Positions 12,142 to 23,592 of a DNA stretch of 24,000 nt are shown one piece after another. The stretch covers positions 1 through 24,000 of the forward strand of contig NZ_JACRGA010000005.1 of NCBI RefSeq assembly GCF_016217785.1. Direction: 5' to 3'. The DNA is from Methanobacterium sp. (lineage in GTDB: Archaea > Methanobacteriota > Methanobacteria > Methanobacteriales > Methanobacteriaceae). Under the pieces are notes generated by a model. The model was not told the DNA's origin. It was given only the letters and a program-made list of their open reading frames with translations, and did no database searches. The translations under genes and the position numbers were made by a program. Numbering within the stretch: position 1 is the first letter of the stretch; each line of letters opens with the position of its first letter.

Positions 12142-12750
12142 TTGGCATACTTTAAAATCATAGACAAAGGAAACGGAATTAACCGGCTTTTTATAGGTGG
12201 GGTGCATGGAAGGGAAGGTCTGAGCACTATTAAAGCCCTTCAAGAGATCCAGAATGATGATGTAGATGAAGGGAAACTGGTGATCCACAACTGTGACGTG
12301 AGCCTCTACCGGAGCACCCTTGATCCACTTTACTACGAATCCAAGGTTGGTAAAGAAATTCTTTATCTGATTAACTATTATAAACCCCAGATGTACGTGG
12401 AAGCGCACTGTTATAAAAAAGAAAGCTATAATAAACTGACCTCTCCTATGAGATGGATCAACGAAGGGGTTCCACCACTCATAGAACTGGGTAAAGGGAT
12501 ACTCTTGGGATCAGCATCCCCCAATATCAGAACCACCCTTTTTACCCGGGATGATGTTTGCATCACACTGGAAATGCCATGCAATCCTTCACAGGATTCT
12601 TTAGATGTTTATGGGAAAGTTTTAAGGATATTTGCTGGTTCAAATAGTCGAGATGAAGTGGAAAAAAGAATGAAAGAAGTATACCCTTCTCAGGTGGAAA
12701 CAGCACGCAAGTATGCCCTGGAATTTTTCGGGGATTATCCCCCATTTTAG
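12142..12750 (+). CDS. Uncharacterised protein, paralogue B of the tandem pair, with the same HxxE...H...E signature.
   Basis: The ORF is 202 aa. It starts at TTG 12142, preceded by AGGTGA (12130-12135) at 6-nt spacing, with an in-frame TGA at 12136. It is colinear with paralogue A across its whole length. Confidence 0.75.
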   Translation: MAYFKIIDKGNGINRLFIGGVHGREGLSTIKALQEIQNDDVDEGKLVIHNCDVSLYRSTLDPLYYESKVGKEILYLINYYKPQMYVEAHCYKKESYNKLTSPMRWINEGVPPLIELGKGILLGSASPNIRTTLFTRDDVCITLEMPCNPSQDSLDVYGKVLRIFAGSNSRDEVEKRMKEVYPSQVETARKYALEFFGDYPPF

Positions 12751-12780
12751 GATTTTTTAAGGACTGCTGCTTGATTTACA

Positions 12781-12804
12781 ATTATTATTATTATTATTAT
12801 TATT
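12781..12804. repeat. (ATT)8 trinucleotide microsatellite in the convergent spacer between paralogue B and fen.
   Basis: It can be read directly as attattattattattattattatt. Confidence 0.95.
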
Positions 12805-12860
12805 TTAATTTCTTCTTTTAATTGCAGTGTTTTTACAAATAGTTTGGGGTCTTTATCTCT

Positions 12861-13847
12861 CTAAAACCACTGTTCCAGGCTACTCTGGGTAGTTTGCAGT
12901 TTTTTGAGTTTATCCACCGCACTCAGCACTCTGTTTTCTGAAAAATCATGTTCTCCACAGAGGAAATCCACAATACCCTGCTCGTCTGCTTTCTGCCATT
13001 TCAGATCATAATCTGAATCCACATCATGGTTAAGGAACATGTTCCTTAGGATGTGGGGATCAACATCCAGCTGGATATCCAGTTTTTCCAGGATTTGGAA
13101 TATGTCTCCATGTTTTTCAATGAGTTTCAAACCCTTTTTTGCTCCAATTCCCTTAATTCCCTGATTGAAATCTGTGCCCACCATAATGGCCAGATCTACC
13201 AGTTGTTCACGTGTTATATCCAGGTTTTTCAGGATCTTATCCAGTTCAATGAGTTCGGGGGTGTTCTGAGTTCCGCTGATGGTCAGGTTTTTAACCATGC
13301 GGGGGGCTCCGAATAACATGCAATCATAATCCTGGGATGCAACACACCATGCATCTCCACGTGCCACCATATATGATGCCTGGGCCTCTCCTTCCCCTTT
13401 AGCCTGGATATATGGAATTCCCATGAGTTTAATGAGTTTTTTGGAACCTTCCACGATTTCCGGGGACATCCGGGATGATCTAACTGCAAATTTTCGGGCA
13501 TCATCTAAACGCCCTTCTTCCAAAGCTTCTTTCCATTTTCGCTCTGATTCTTCCTTTATTTCCTTTCGTTTTTTCTGGGTTTCTTTTTTAAGGGCACTGG
13601 ACTGGCCGTCAAAAACGTAGATGGGTTTAATCCCTTTTTCAACAAGAGATGATGTGCGGTATAATATTCCGCTAAAATGAGAAGTTATTCTTCCATTCTG
13701 GTCCTTGAGAGGAGTACCGTCAAGCTGACGGATGCTGGAAAGAAACTGGTAAATGACATTGGCTGCATCCAGAGCCACTACTTTACCATCCAGATCCTCA
13801 AATCTAATTTCTTCAGGAGATACTATGTCCTTAAACTTCACACCCAT
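12861..13847 (-). CDS. fen: Flap endonuclease 1 (FEN-1).
   Basis: The ORF is 328 aa. It has the XPG-N motif (MGV...L......I....L.GK.VA.DA.N.IYQFL), the XPG-I acidic cluster (EGEAQ..Y......D...SQDYD..LFGAP), a helix-hairpin-helix region (GTDFN.GIKGIG.KK.L) and a C-terminal PIP box (QSSLEQWF). Confidence 0.95.
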   Translation of the reverse strand: MGVKFKDIVSPEEIRFEDLDGKVVALDAANVIYQFLSSIRQLDGTPLKDQNGRITSHFSGILYRTSSLVEKGIKPIYVFDGQSSALKKETQKKRKEIKEESERKWKEALEEGRLDDARKFAVRSSRMSPEIVEGSKKLIKLMGIPYIQAKGEGEAQASYMVARGDAWCVASQDYDCMLFGAPRMVKNLTISGTQNTPELIELDKILKNLDITREQLVDLAIMVGTDFNQGIKGIGAKKGLKLIEKHGDIFQILEKLDIQLDVDPHILRNMFLNHDVDSDYDLKWQKADEQGIVDFLCGEHDFSENRVLSAVDKLKKLQTTQSSLEQWF

Positions 13848-14008
13848 ACTAATCCAACCCCATTAGATTATGACAATTTAATCACTAAAATATCATTAAT
13901 TTGGATTTAACTAAACATTATTTGGATTTATATTTCTCTTAAGTTCAATTTATATAATCTTTTTAATTTATTTTTGATAAAATAACGTCAATTTTAATTA
14001 AAATGAAT

Positions 14009-14542
<534 letters not shown>

Positions 14543-14544
14543 TT

Positions 14545-15789
<1,245 letters not shown>

Positions 15790-15898
15790 AGATAAAACAC
15801 CATTATATACGAGTAAATATGATTATTTATTCTACCCTTATTTTTGATTAATCGGTAGATTAATTCTGTTTAACAGTTTCATTCCAATTATGGATGTA

Positions 15899-17074
15899 TT
15901 AAAAATTAAATGGTCCTCGCACTGAACGCACGATGTCGTTGAAAACGTTATCGTTAATGTATTTTCCTTCTTCCCGTTTTTCCTTTACCATTCCCACAAT
16001 TTTACACAGTTCATCCTTGGTAACATCGATCCCGCATTCATCCAGTTTGGCCTTCACAGCTCTGCAACCTGAGTGTTTGCCCAGTACGATCCGTCTCTGG
16101 TGACCTATGAGTTCTGGGAGGAATGGTTCATAGGTTAAAGGTTCTTCAATAACTGCATCCACGTGTATGCCAGATTCATGTCGGAAAACGTTTTTACCCA
16201 CAATGGGTTTGTTATCTGGAACTTTCATGTTGGTAAGTTCTTCCACCATCTGGGAAAGCTCATAGAACACGCTAATGTTGAAGTTCAGGTCCACTCCATA
16301 GATTAGAAGGAGTGTCATCACCAGTTCCTCCAGGGAGGTGTTACCTGCTCTTTCGCCTATCCCGTTGACTGTGGTGGAAACTGCACTGGCACCGGCCAGT
16401 AAACCTGAAATACAATTTGATAGGGCCATTCCAAAGTCATTATGACAGTGTAAAGCTATTTCTATGTTTATTTCCTTTTTTAACTCTCGTACCAGATAAT
16501 CCATACCCTGGGGGCTTATTGCTCCCACGGTATCGGCTATGTGCACTCGATCAGCACCGTAAATCTCTGCTTTCTTGTAGATATTCTTCAAAAAGTCCAG
16601 ATCAGTACGTGTTGCGTCTTCTGCTGAGAAAGCTACAAATAGGCCATGATCTTTGGCGTGTTCAATTGAGTTCATACATATATTCAGGGCATCTTCCTGG
16701 CTTACTTTAAGTTTATGTTTGAGGTGAAGGGCGGAAGTTCCTAGAAAAGTGATTATTCCATCTACATTACAATCCAGGGCTATGTCGATATCTTCTTTTT
16801 TGGTACGGGAAAGGGCTAATATCTTTGCATCCAGATTTTCATCTGCAATGGCCTTCACTGAACGTCTCTCTTCATGGGACACTACGGGGAATCCTGCTTC
16901 AATCTGGTGTAATTTCAGTTCATCGAGTTTTCGTGCGATTTGAAGTTTTTCTGGTGTTCTAAGACAGACACCGGGTGTTTGTTCACCATCCCGGAGTGTG
17001 GTATCGTAAACAGTGATATTTTCCGGAAACTTTAAATCAACTGACTGGTTAAAGGGACTCACGAAATATTTCAA
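15899..17074 (-). CDS. aksA: Homocitrate synthase AksA-type (a 2-isopropylmalate/homocitrate synthase family member lacking the LeuA C-terminal regulatory domain).
   Basis: The DRE-TIM barrel motifs are present (YDTTLRDGEQ, HCHNDFGMA.SN, GIGERAGN). At about 391-408 aa it is too short to include the LeuA/CimA regulatory domain. The track ORF starts at TTG 17125. I prefer the TTG at 17074 because AGGTGGT (17081-17087) lies 6 nt upstream and the first 17 track codons overlap an ATATTATAT TATA-like element. The start remains uncertain. Confidence 0.8.
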   Translation of the reverse strand: MKYFVSPFNQSVDLKFPENITVYDTTLRDGEQTPGVCLRTPEKLQIARKLDELKLHQIEAGFPVVSHEERRSVKAIADENLDAKILALSRTKKEDIDIALDCNVDGIITFLGTSALHLKHKLKVSQEDALNICMNSIEHAKDHGLFVAFSAEDATRTDLDFLKNIYKKAEIYGADRVHIADTVGAISPQGMDYLVRELKKEINIEIALHCHNDFGMALSNCISGLLAGASAVSTTVNGIGERAGNTSLEELVMTLLLIYGVDLNFNISVFYELSQMVEELTNMKVPDNKPIVGKNVFRHESGIHVDAVIEEPLTYEPFLPELIGHQRRIVLGKHSGCRAVKAKLDECGIDVTKDELCKIVGMVKEKREEGKYINDNVFNDIVRSVRGPFNF

Positions 17075-17456
17075 AACATTACCACCTGTTCTTTTAGATA
17101 TAATATGCAAAAATGTTGAATTCAATTCAATAATTATATGTGGGAGTTTTAATTTTTTAACACCTGTTTTCCTGGAAAACTATTAATTCCACTGGATTAA
17201 TCCATGGATATAAAATATCTATAGACTTATCTTGGATCATTATTATTTAAATATAAATGAACTTTTCGTTTTTATCCTCAAATTCTCCGGCTAACATCTT
17301 CCGGCTGCCGGTGATAGTGGCATTCCATTGGTTAAACCTTCAATGTTCATATCCTGCTAAAAAAATAACTGTTTTTATGATATTACTGGAATTAAACATT
17401 ATTTATTCAACATAATTTAATGGAGAGATTTTAATCTAGGAATTATTTGATATTAT

Positions 17457-17999
17457 TTAATGAATATCCATCAATTCCAGGTAAGATCTTCTTTCAAAAC
17501 CATCTTCTATCCCCATCATTGAATAGGTGGCAAAAATCTCATCCAGTGCTTCTTTGGTGTCCTCACCTTCTTCAATTTCTTTTTCAATCTCCACAAAATT
17601 ACCCACTCCCTGAACTCCATCCAGGGTTATAATCAGATCATTCATGGTGTAAATAATTCGATTCTTTCGCACTGTTGCCACTGGACGGAAACTGAGGTTT
17701 TGGAAAATATCAGCCACTTTATGAGAGTCTTCCACTCCCACTTCGATTTCTTTCCTGGTTTTACTCACTTCATCCATCTTGGCACCCTTGTAGGTTATGA
17801 ATATTTTTTCTGAAGCTCCACTTATGACTTTTCTTATTCTAAGGGCTTCATCAGTCTGGGCAAAGTCTCTATGAGGTGCGTTAAAATAAAGGTCCTCCTG
17901 AAATTCCTCCCCAACTCTCCGGGCACCAATTTTAACCAGTTTCTCTTCTAATGCACCCTGATCTTGGGGTGCGTGGGCTTTAACTTCCACTTCTATCAT
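17457..17999 (-). CDS. CYTH-domain protein (CyaB-type class IV adenylyl cyclase / triphosphate tunnel metalloenzyme).
   Basis: The ORF is 180 aa and has the N-terminal EVEVK (ExExK) signature. The pattern typical of CyaB/ThTPase-like proteins follows: LRIR...........T.K, VEIE and RSY.EL. A GGAG Shine-Dalgarno lies 6 nt upstream of the start. Confidence 0.8.
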   Translation of the reverse strand: MIEVEVKAHAPQDQGALEEKLVKIGARRVGEEFQEDLYFNAPHRDFAQTDEALRIRKVISGASEKIFITYKGAKMDEVSKTRKEIEVGVEDSHKVADIFQNLSFRPVATVRKNRIIYTMNDLIITLDGVQGVGNFVEIEKEIEEGEDTKEALDEIFATYSMMGIEDGFERRSYLELMDIH

Positions 18000-18049
18000 C
18001 TTAAACTCCTAAAAAATAATTTTATATTGAACCTATGCTTTAACCCGGT

Positions 18050-18454
18050 TCATCCCACTCGTCTTTCTATTGAATTTCTTATATAGATACGGGCATCATC
18101 TATCTGGGTCAAATAATTATCAATCATATTCTCTATAAGTTCGTAGGACTTTATTTTAGTATCTCTCTTTTTTAAAATGGATTTCTTCTTTTTTATTCTT
18201 TTTTGAATTTCCCGAGAGCTTTTTTTCCGGGCTTCTTCTGGTGAAGGATTCAATTCCTTTAAAAGCGACAAATATTCTTTCCTAATATTCCTAATATCCA
18301 TCCTAATGTTGTGTCTCATCTTTTTCAAGATGTCTTCATACTCTTCCAGCTCATTAAGGGTTTGCATGGCCATTTCAATGGTCGAAACATCTATTTCCAC
18401 TCCGTCAATTCCAAGTTCTTCGAGTTGTTGTTGGTAAACTTTGGGCCCAAACAT
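18050..18454 (-). CDS. Hypothetical helical protein with a strongly basic centre.
   Basis: The ORF is 134 aa, with a GGTGA Shine-Dalgarno 6 nt upstream of the ATG. The middle region is EEARKKSSREIQKRIKKKKSILKKRDTKIK. The flanks are heptad-like and helical. No family was recognised. Confidence 0.6.
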   Translation of the reverse strand: MFGPKVYQQQLEELGIDGVEIDVSTIEMAMQTLNELEEYEDILKKMRHNIRMDIRNIRKEYLSLLKELNPSPEEARKKSSREIQKRIKKKKSILKKRDTKIKSYELIENMIDNYLTQIDDARIYIRNSIERRVG

Positions 18455-18820
18455 TTGGTGTCACCCTAGATTTATAAAGATCAAGTAAGTCTTGATTATT
18501 ATGTCACCATATTCTTTAATATGTTTAGTGTGAGCATAGGTTTATTAATGTAGAATATAGATTACACATGATCTGATAATTACTCATTTAATTCTATCCT
18601 GATTAATTGGTCTTACCCTCCCTGAGAATGGGGCTCTATTTATAGGGGAGAATATAATTTTTAGGGAGAATAAAAATCATTAGTAAGATCTTTATAAACC
18701 TATAATCGGGAAAACTAATATATATGGTCATGAACATACCATAGACGAAAGTGAGATAATGAGTCTTTTTATAAAAAATTGGTAGTATAAAACTAACTAT
18801 TTTTATGTCCAATTCACGGT

Positions 18821-19449
<629 letters not shown>

Positions 19450-19468
19450 TTCTATCTTTTTACGTAAA

Positions 19469-20967
<1,499 letters not shown>

Positions 20968-20973
<6 letters not shown>

Positions 20974-21015
20974 GACCACCTCAGACACATCCTCCCTATT
21001 TTTTTTAATTTTTTT
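20968..21015 (+). terminator. Probable serB terminator: a hairpin spanning the stop codon, followed by T8 and T7 tracts.
   Basis: GTCTGAG (20968-20974) pairs with CTCAGAC (20980-20986) around a 5-nt loop. T8 follows at 20999-21006 and T7 at 21009-21015. Confidence 0.55.
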
Positions 21016-21047
21016 ATATTTAATGAATCATTTTATCTGTTAAACAT

Positions 21048-21157
21048 CTGCATTCCTATTAATCTTACATAATTCACTTAATAATCCTGCATTCCCATTA
21101 ATCGTACATATTCATTAATAATCCTGCATTCCATTTAATTACTATAATTCATTAATC
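21048..21157. repeat. Three degenerate tandem copies of a 34-39-bp unit upstream of the MFS transporter gene.
   Basis: The units begin with ctgcattcc at 21048, 21087 and 21124. The consensus is ctgcattcc(c)attaatc.tacata(a)ttca(c)ttaataatc. Confidence 0.85.
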
Positions 21158-21213
21158 AAATCTAACAGAATATCTATAATTTAATAGAATACTAAATAGG
21201 TCTGGTGACTTTA

Positions 21214-22632
21214 ATGGCCCCTAATGATAACTTTCCTAAAGTTAGTAATGATATTAAAATCGCTGCACTTTTAGCAGCCACCATAGCTTCTTTTTTCACA
21301 CCCTTCATGGGTTCATCGGTTAACATAGCCCTACCAGCTATTGGACTGGATTTCGGTGCAGATGCAATTATTTTGAACTGGGTTACCAACGGATTCCTGC
21401 TGGCAGCTGCTATATTTGCAGTTCCCTTCGGTAGAGTGGCAGATATACACGGTATGAAGAAGATCTTCACATACGGAATTATCATATTCACCGTGGCATC
21501 ACTGTTATGTGCCTTATCCCCCACTGCTTATGCATTGATAGGATCAAGGATACTGCAGGGTATTGGTTCGGCGATGATCTTTGTAACTGGGCTGGCCATA
21601 ATCAGTTCAGTTTATCCACCCCAGCACAGGGGAAAAGCAATAGGGATCAACGTAGCAGCGGTCTATGTTGGTTTATCATTTGGCCCGGTTGTAGGTGGGT
21701 TCATGACCCAGTATCTTGGTTGGAGGAGCCTGTTCTTGTTGATGATACCATTCGGGTTGCTGGTTACAGCCATAGTCTTCTGGAAACTCAATGATGAATG
21801 GGCAGCGTCCAAGGGAGAAAAATTCGATTATGTGGGTTCCATACTCTACAGTCTCATGCTGTTTTTGGTGATGTACGGATTTTCCAGTCTACCCCAAATA
21901 GATGGATGGGTAATGTTAATCCTGGGTGTTGTTGGATTTTTTGCCTTTATTAGGTGGGAACTTCGGACTAAAAGTCCTGTTTTTAATGTTAGGTTGTTTA
22001 AAAATACAGCCTTCACATTTTCCAGTGTGGCTGCCCTTATAAACTACAGTGCCACCTTTGCGGTTACCCTACTTTTGAGTTATTATCTCCAGTACATTAA
22101 GGGACTGGAACCACAGACTGCAGGCCTCATACTGGTAGCCCAACCCATAGTCATGGCCATAACCGCACCTATTGCCGGTAGGATGTCGGATCGCATTGAT
22201 GCTCGACTCATTGCCACCACAGGGATGGCCACAGTCACCCTGGCACTCTTTACATTGACATTCATCGACGGCAACACCTCCATCAATGATATAATTATAG
22301 GACTCGCAGTGCTGGGACTTGGATTTGGACTGTTCTCCTCACCCAACACCAACGTGATCATGGGTTCAGTGGAGCGTAAATTCTACGGAGTGGCCTCAGC
22401 CACTGTGAGCACCATGCGGCTCATCGGTCAAACCATGAGTATAGGAATAGCCACCCTGGTCTTCGCCCTCTTTATTGGACGGGTACAGATAACACCCAGC
22501 CAATACCCGGCGCTACTGGAAAGTATACAGCTATGCTTCGTAGTTTTCACTGCACTGTGCTTTATAGGAGTGTTTGTGTCATGGTGGAGGGGGAATAACA
22601 AGGGCTATCAAGAAGAAAAAGATGGGAGATAA
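21214..22632 (+). CDS. MFS transporter, 14-TMS DHA2 (EmrB/QacA-like) drug:H+ antiporter type.
   Basis: The length is about 472 aa with about 14 hydrophobic segments. MFS motif A is present (GRVADIHGMKKIF), as is a DHA2-like motif C region (GIGSAMIFVTGLAII). I prefer ATG 21214, which has GGTGA (21204-21208) 5 nt upstream, over the track's GTG 21205, which lies inside that Shine-Dalgarno. Confidence 0.85.
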   Translation: MAPNDNFPKVSNDIKIAALLAATIASFFTPFMGSSVNIALPAIGLDFGADAIILNWVTNGFLLAAAIFAVPFGRVADIHGMKKIFTYGIIIFTVASLLCALSPTAYALIGSRILQGIGSAMIFVTGLAIISSVYPPQHRGKAIGINVAAVYVGLSFGPVVGGFMTQYLGWRSLFLLMIPFGLLVTAIVFWKLNDEWAASKGEKFDYVGSILYSLMLFLVMYGFSSLPQIDGWVMLILGVVGFFAFIRWELRTKSPVFNVRLFKNTAFTFSSVAALINYSATFAVTLLLSYYLQYIKGLEPQTAGLILVAQPIVMAITAPIAGRMSDRIDARLIATTGMATVTLALFTLTFIDGNTSINDIIIGLAVLGLGFGLFSSPNTNVIMGSVERKFYGVASATVSTMRLIGQTMSIGIATLVFALFIGRVQITPSQYPALLESIQLCFVVFTALCFIGVFVSWWRGNNKGYQEEKDGR

Positions 22633-22716
22633 AAAAAATACAAGTTAATGTTTCCAAATTTTTTTCAAAAAATCCTATTTTTTTTAAAAAAAATAACTGT
22701 TAGGACCAAAAGTGTA

Positions 22717-22726
22717 TTTTATATAA
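22717..22726 (+). promoter_or_regulatory. TATA box (TTTTATATAA) positioned for a leaderless transcript of the 58-aa ORF.
   Basis: The box centre lies about 25 nt upstream of ATG 22747. No Shine-Dalgarno lies in between. Confidence 0.4.
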
Positions 22727-22746
22727 TTATTTAAATTCTTTTTAAC

Positions 22747-22923
22747 ATGAAAATTAACTACAACAAACCAGTACTGACCTTAATTATAATTGGAATTGGT
22801 CTGTGGGTTATCAATGCTTTAGATGTTTATTTAGGGTATTATTATACACATGGAAAAGGATTCCAGATTTTAGGAATCGGTTTGATGGTTATTGGATTGG
22901 TAATCTGGATAAAATCCCGTTAA
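22747..22923 (+). CDS. Small two-helix membrane protein of 58 aa, below the ORF-track cutoff.
   Basis: Manual translation gives MKINYNKPVLTLIIIGIGLWVINALDVYLGYYYTHGKGFQILGIGLMVIGLVIWIKSR*. This contains two clear hydrophobic helices separated by YYYTHGKG. A well-placed TATA box lies upstream. It occupies an otherwise unexplained 400-bp gap. Confidence 0.5.
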   Translation: MKINYNKPVLTLIIIGIGLWVINALDVYLGYYYTHGKGFQILGIGLMVIGLVIWIKSR

Positions 22924-23032
22924 AATGAAGAATGTATTAGGGGGATTGTTTGGTATTCTGTTTGTTCCTAATCTTTGTTTATTTTAACATTCATAATAAT
23001 TAAAATGGAGTTTATGGACAATTACTCCAAAA

Positions 23033-23323
23033 TCATACTTTTTCAGCTGAATAAATATCAATACCCAAATCTTCGGCCAAAATATCACCAATAGCCACAC
23101 CAAATGCCTTAAAATGGTCAGTTTGCATGTGGGTATCTAATACTTCCTTGTTTTCCCATTGTTCGACCATCACCAGTGCATCTTCATTTTCAGTACTGGC
23201 ATATAAGTTATAGTTGATGCAGCCAGGTTCTAAACGGGTTGATTTAATCAAATCATTGGATTTAGAAATAATTTCATTTCTTTTACCTGGTTTAGCAGTT
23301 ATTGTAGCTGTTACAATGATCAT
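23033..23323 (-). CDS. ABM-domain protein (antibiotic biosynthesis monooxygenase / YgiN-like putative quinol monooxygenase).
   Basis: The ORF is 96 aa with a ferredoxin-like pattern: IIV.A.I.AKPGKR.E..........TR.EPGC..Y.LY.S.E.......VE.W....L..H..T.HFK.F. A GGAG Shine-Dalgarno lies 8 nt upstream. Confidence 0.75.
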   Translation of the reverse strand: MIIVTATITAKPGKRNEIISKSNDLIKSTRLEPGCINYNLYASTENEDALVMVEQWENKEVLDTHMQTDHFKAFGVAIGDILAEDLGIDIYSAEKV

Positions 23324-23345
23324 TTGAATTTCTCCTTGAGGGTAA

Positions 23346-23389
23346 TAGTATGCAAATTATTTAGTATTGCAACATTATTTAGTATGCAA
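23346..23389. promoter_or_regulatory. Direct-repeat array (operator candidate) just upstream of the ABM gene.
   Basis: The copies are tagtatgcaa (23346-23355), attatttagtattgcaa (23356-23372) and attatttagtatgcaa (23374-23389). On the coding (minus) strand this reads TTGCA(A)TACTAAATAAT twice plus TTGCATACTA, ending about 22 nt before the ATG. Confidence 0.4.
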
Positions 23390-23592
23390 TACATTAATTG
23401 TTTTAATATTTCAAAGGTACTTTATTTGTATGAGTTTATGATCATTATATTTAAACATAGCGATTGTTCTGTTTGTAATGATTAGTAATGGTTTAAAATG
23501 GTTTAAATTTCAAGTAAATCTATAAAAAAAATAATAAACACTTATCAAAAGAAATTAATGAAATTCAACTAATAAAATATCGTTTCATTAAT

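Noticed and set aside
12124-12745. Minus-strand ORFs 12124..12408 and 12563..12745.
   Set aside because: They are antisense to paralogue B, whose coding status is supported by its alignment with paralogue A.
17281-17345. A GC-rich island (ctccggctaacatcttccggctgccggtgatagtggcattccattgg) in the otherwise AT-rich CYTH-aksA spacer. It contains the AGCCGGA direct repeat, a CCGGcagCCGG mini-hairpin and a 19-codon minus-strand ORF (MNIEGLTNGMPLSPAAGRC*).
   Set aside because: It could be a small RNA, a gene remnant or a leader element. I found no convincing extended secondary structure, no Shine-Dalgarno, no tRNA-like motifs and no longer ORF in any frame. Sequence alone cannot support a call. RNA-seq or conservation analysis would be needed.
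16417-17632. ORFs 16417..16710 and 16749..16943 (antisense to aksA) and 17447..17632 (antisense to the CYTH gene).
   Set aside because: They are shadow ORFs within confidently assigned genes.
18590-18700. A possible structured RNA in the long spacer upstream of tbp. CCCTCCC...GGGGAG pairing is possible, and the AGGGGAGAATATAA and TAGGGAGAATAAAAA repeats lie there.
   Set aside because: The pairing is short (5-6 bp) and the repeats are imperfect. No C/D-box, tRNA or known ncRNA signatures were found. The evidence is insufficient for a call.
22925-22987. A 20-codon hydrophobic ORF (MKNVLGGLFGILFVPNLCLF*) starting 2 nt after the 58-aa membrane ORF.
   Set aside because: It is too short, has no Shine-Dalgarno, and such ORFs arise easily by chance in AT-rich spacers.
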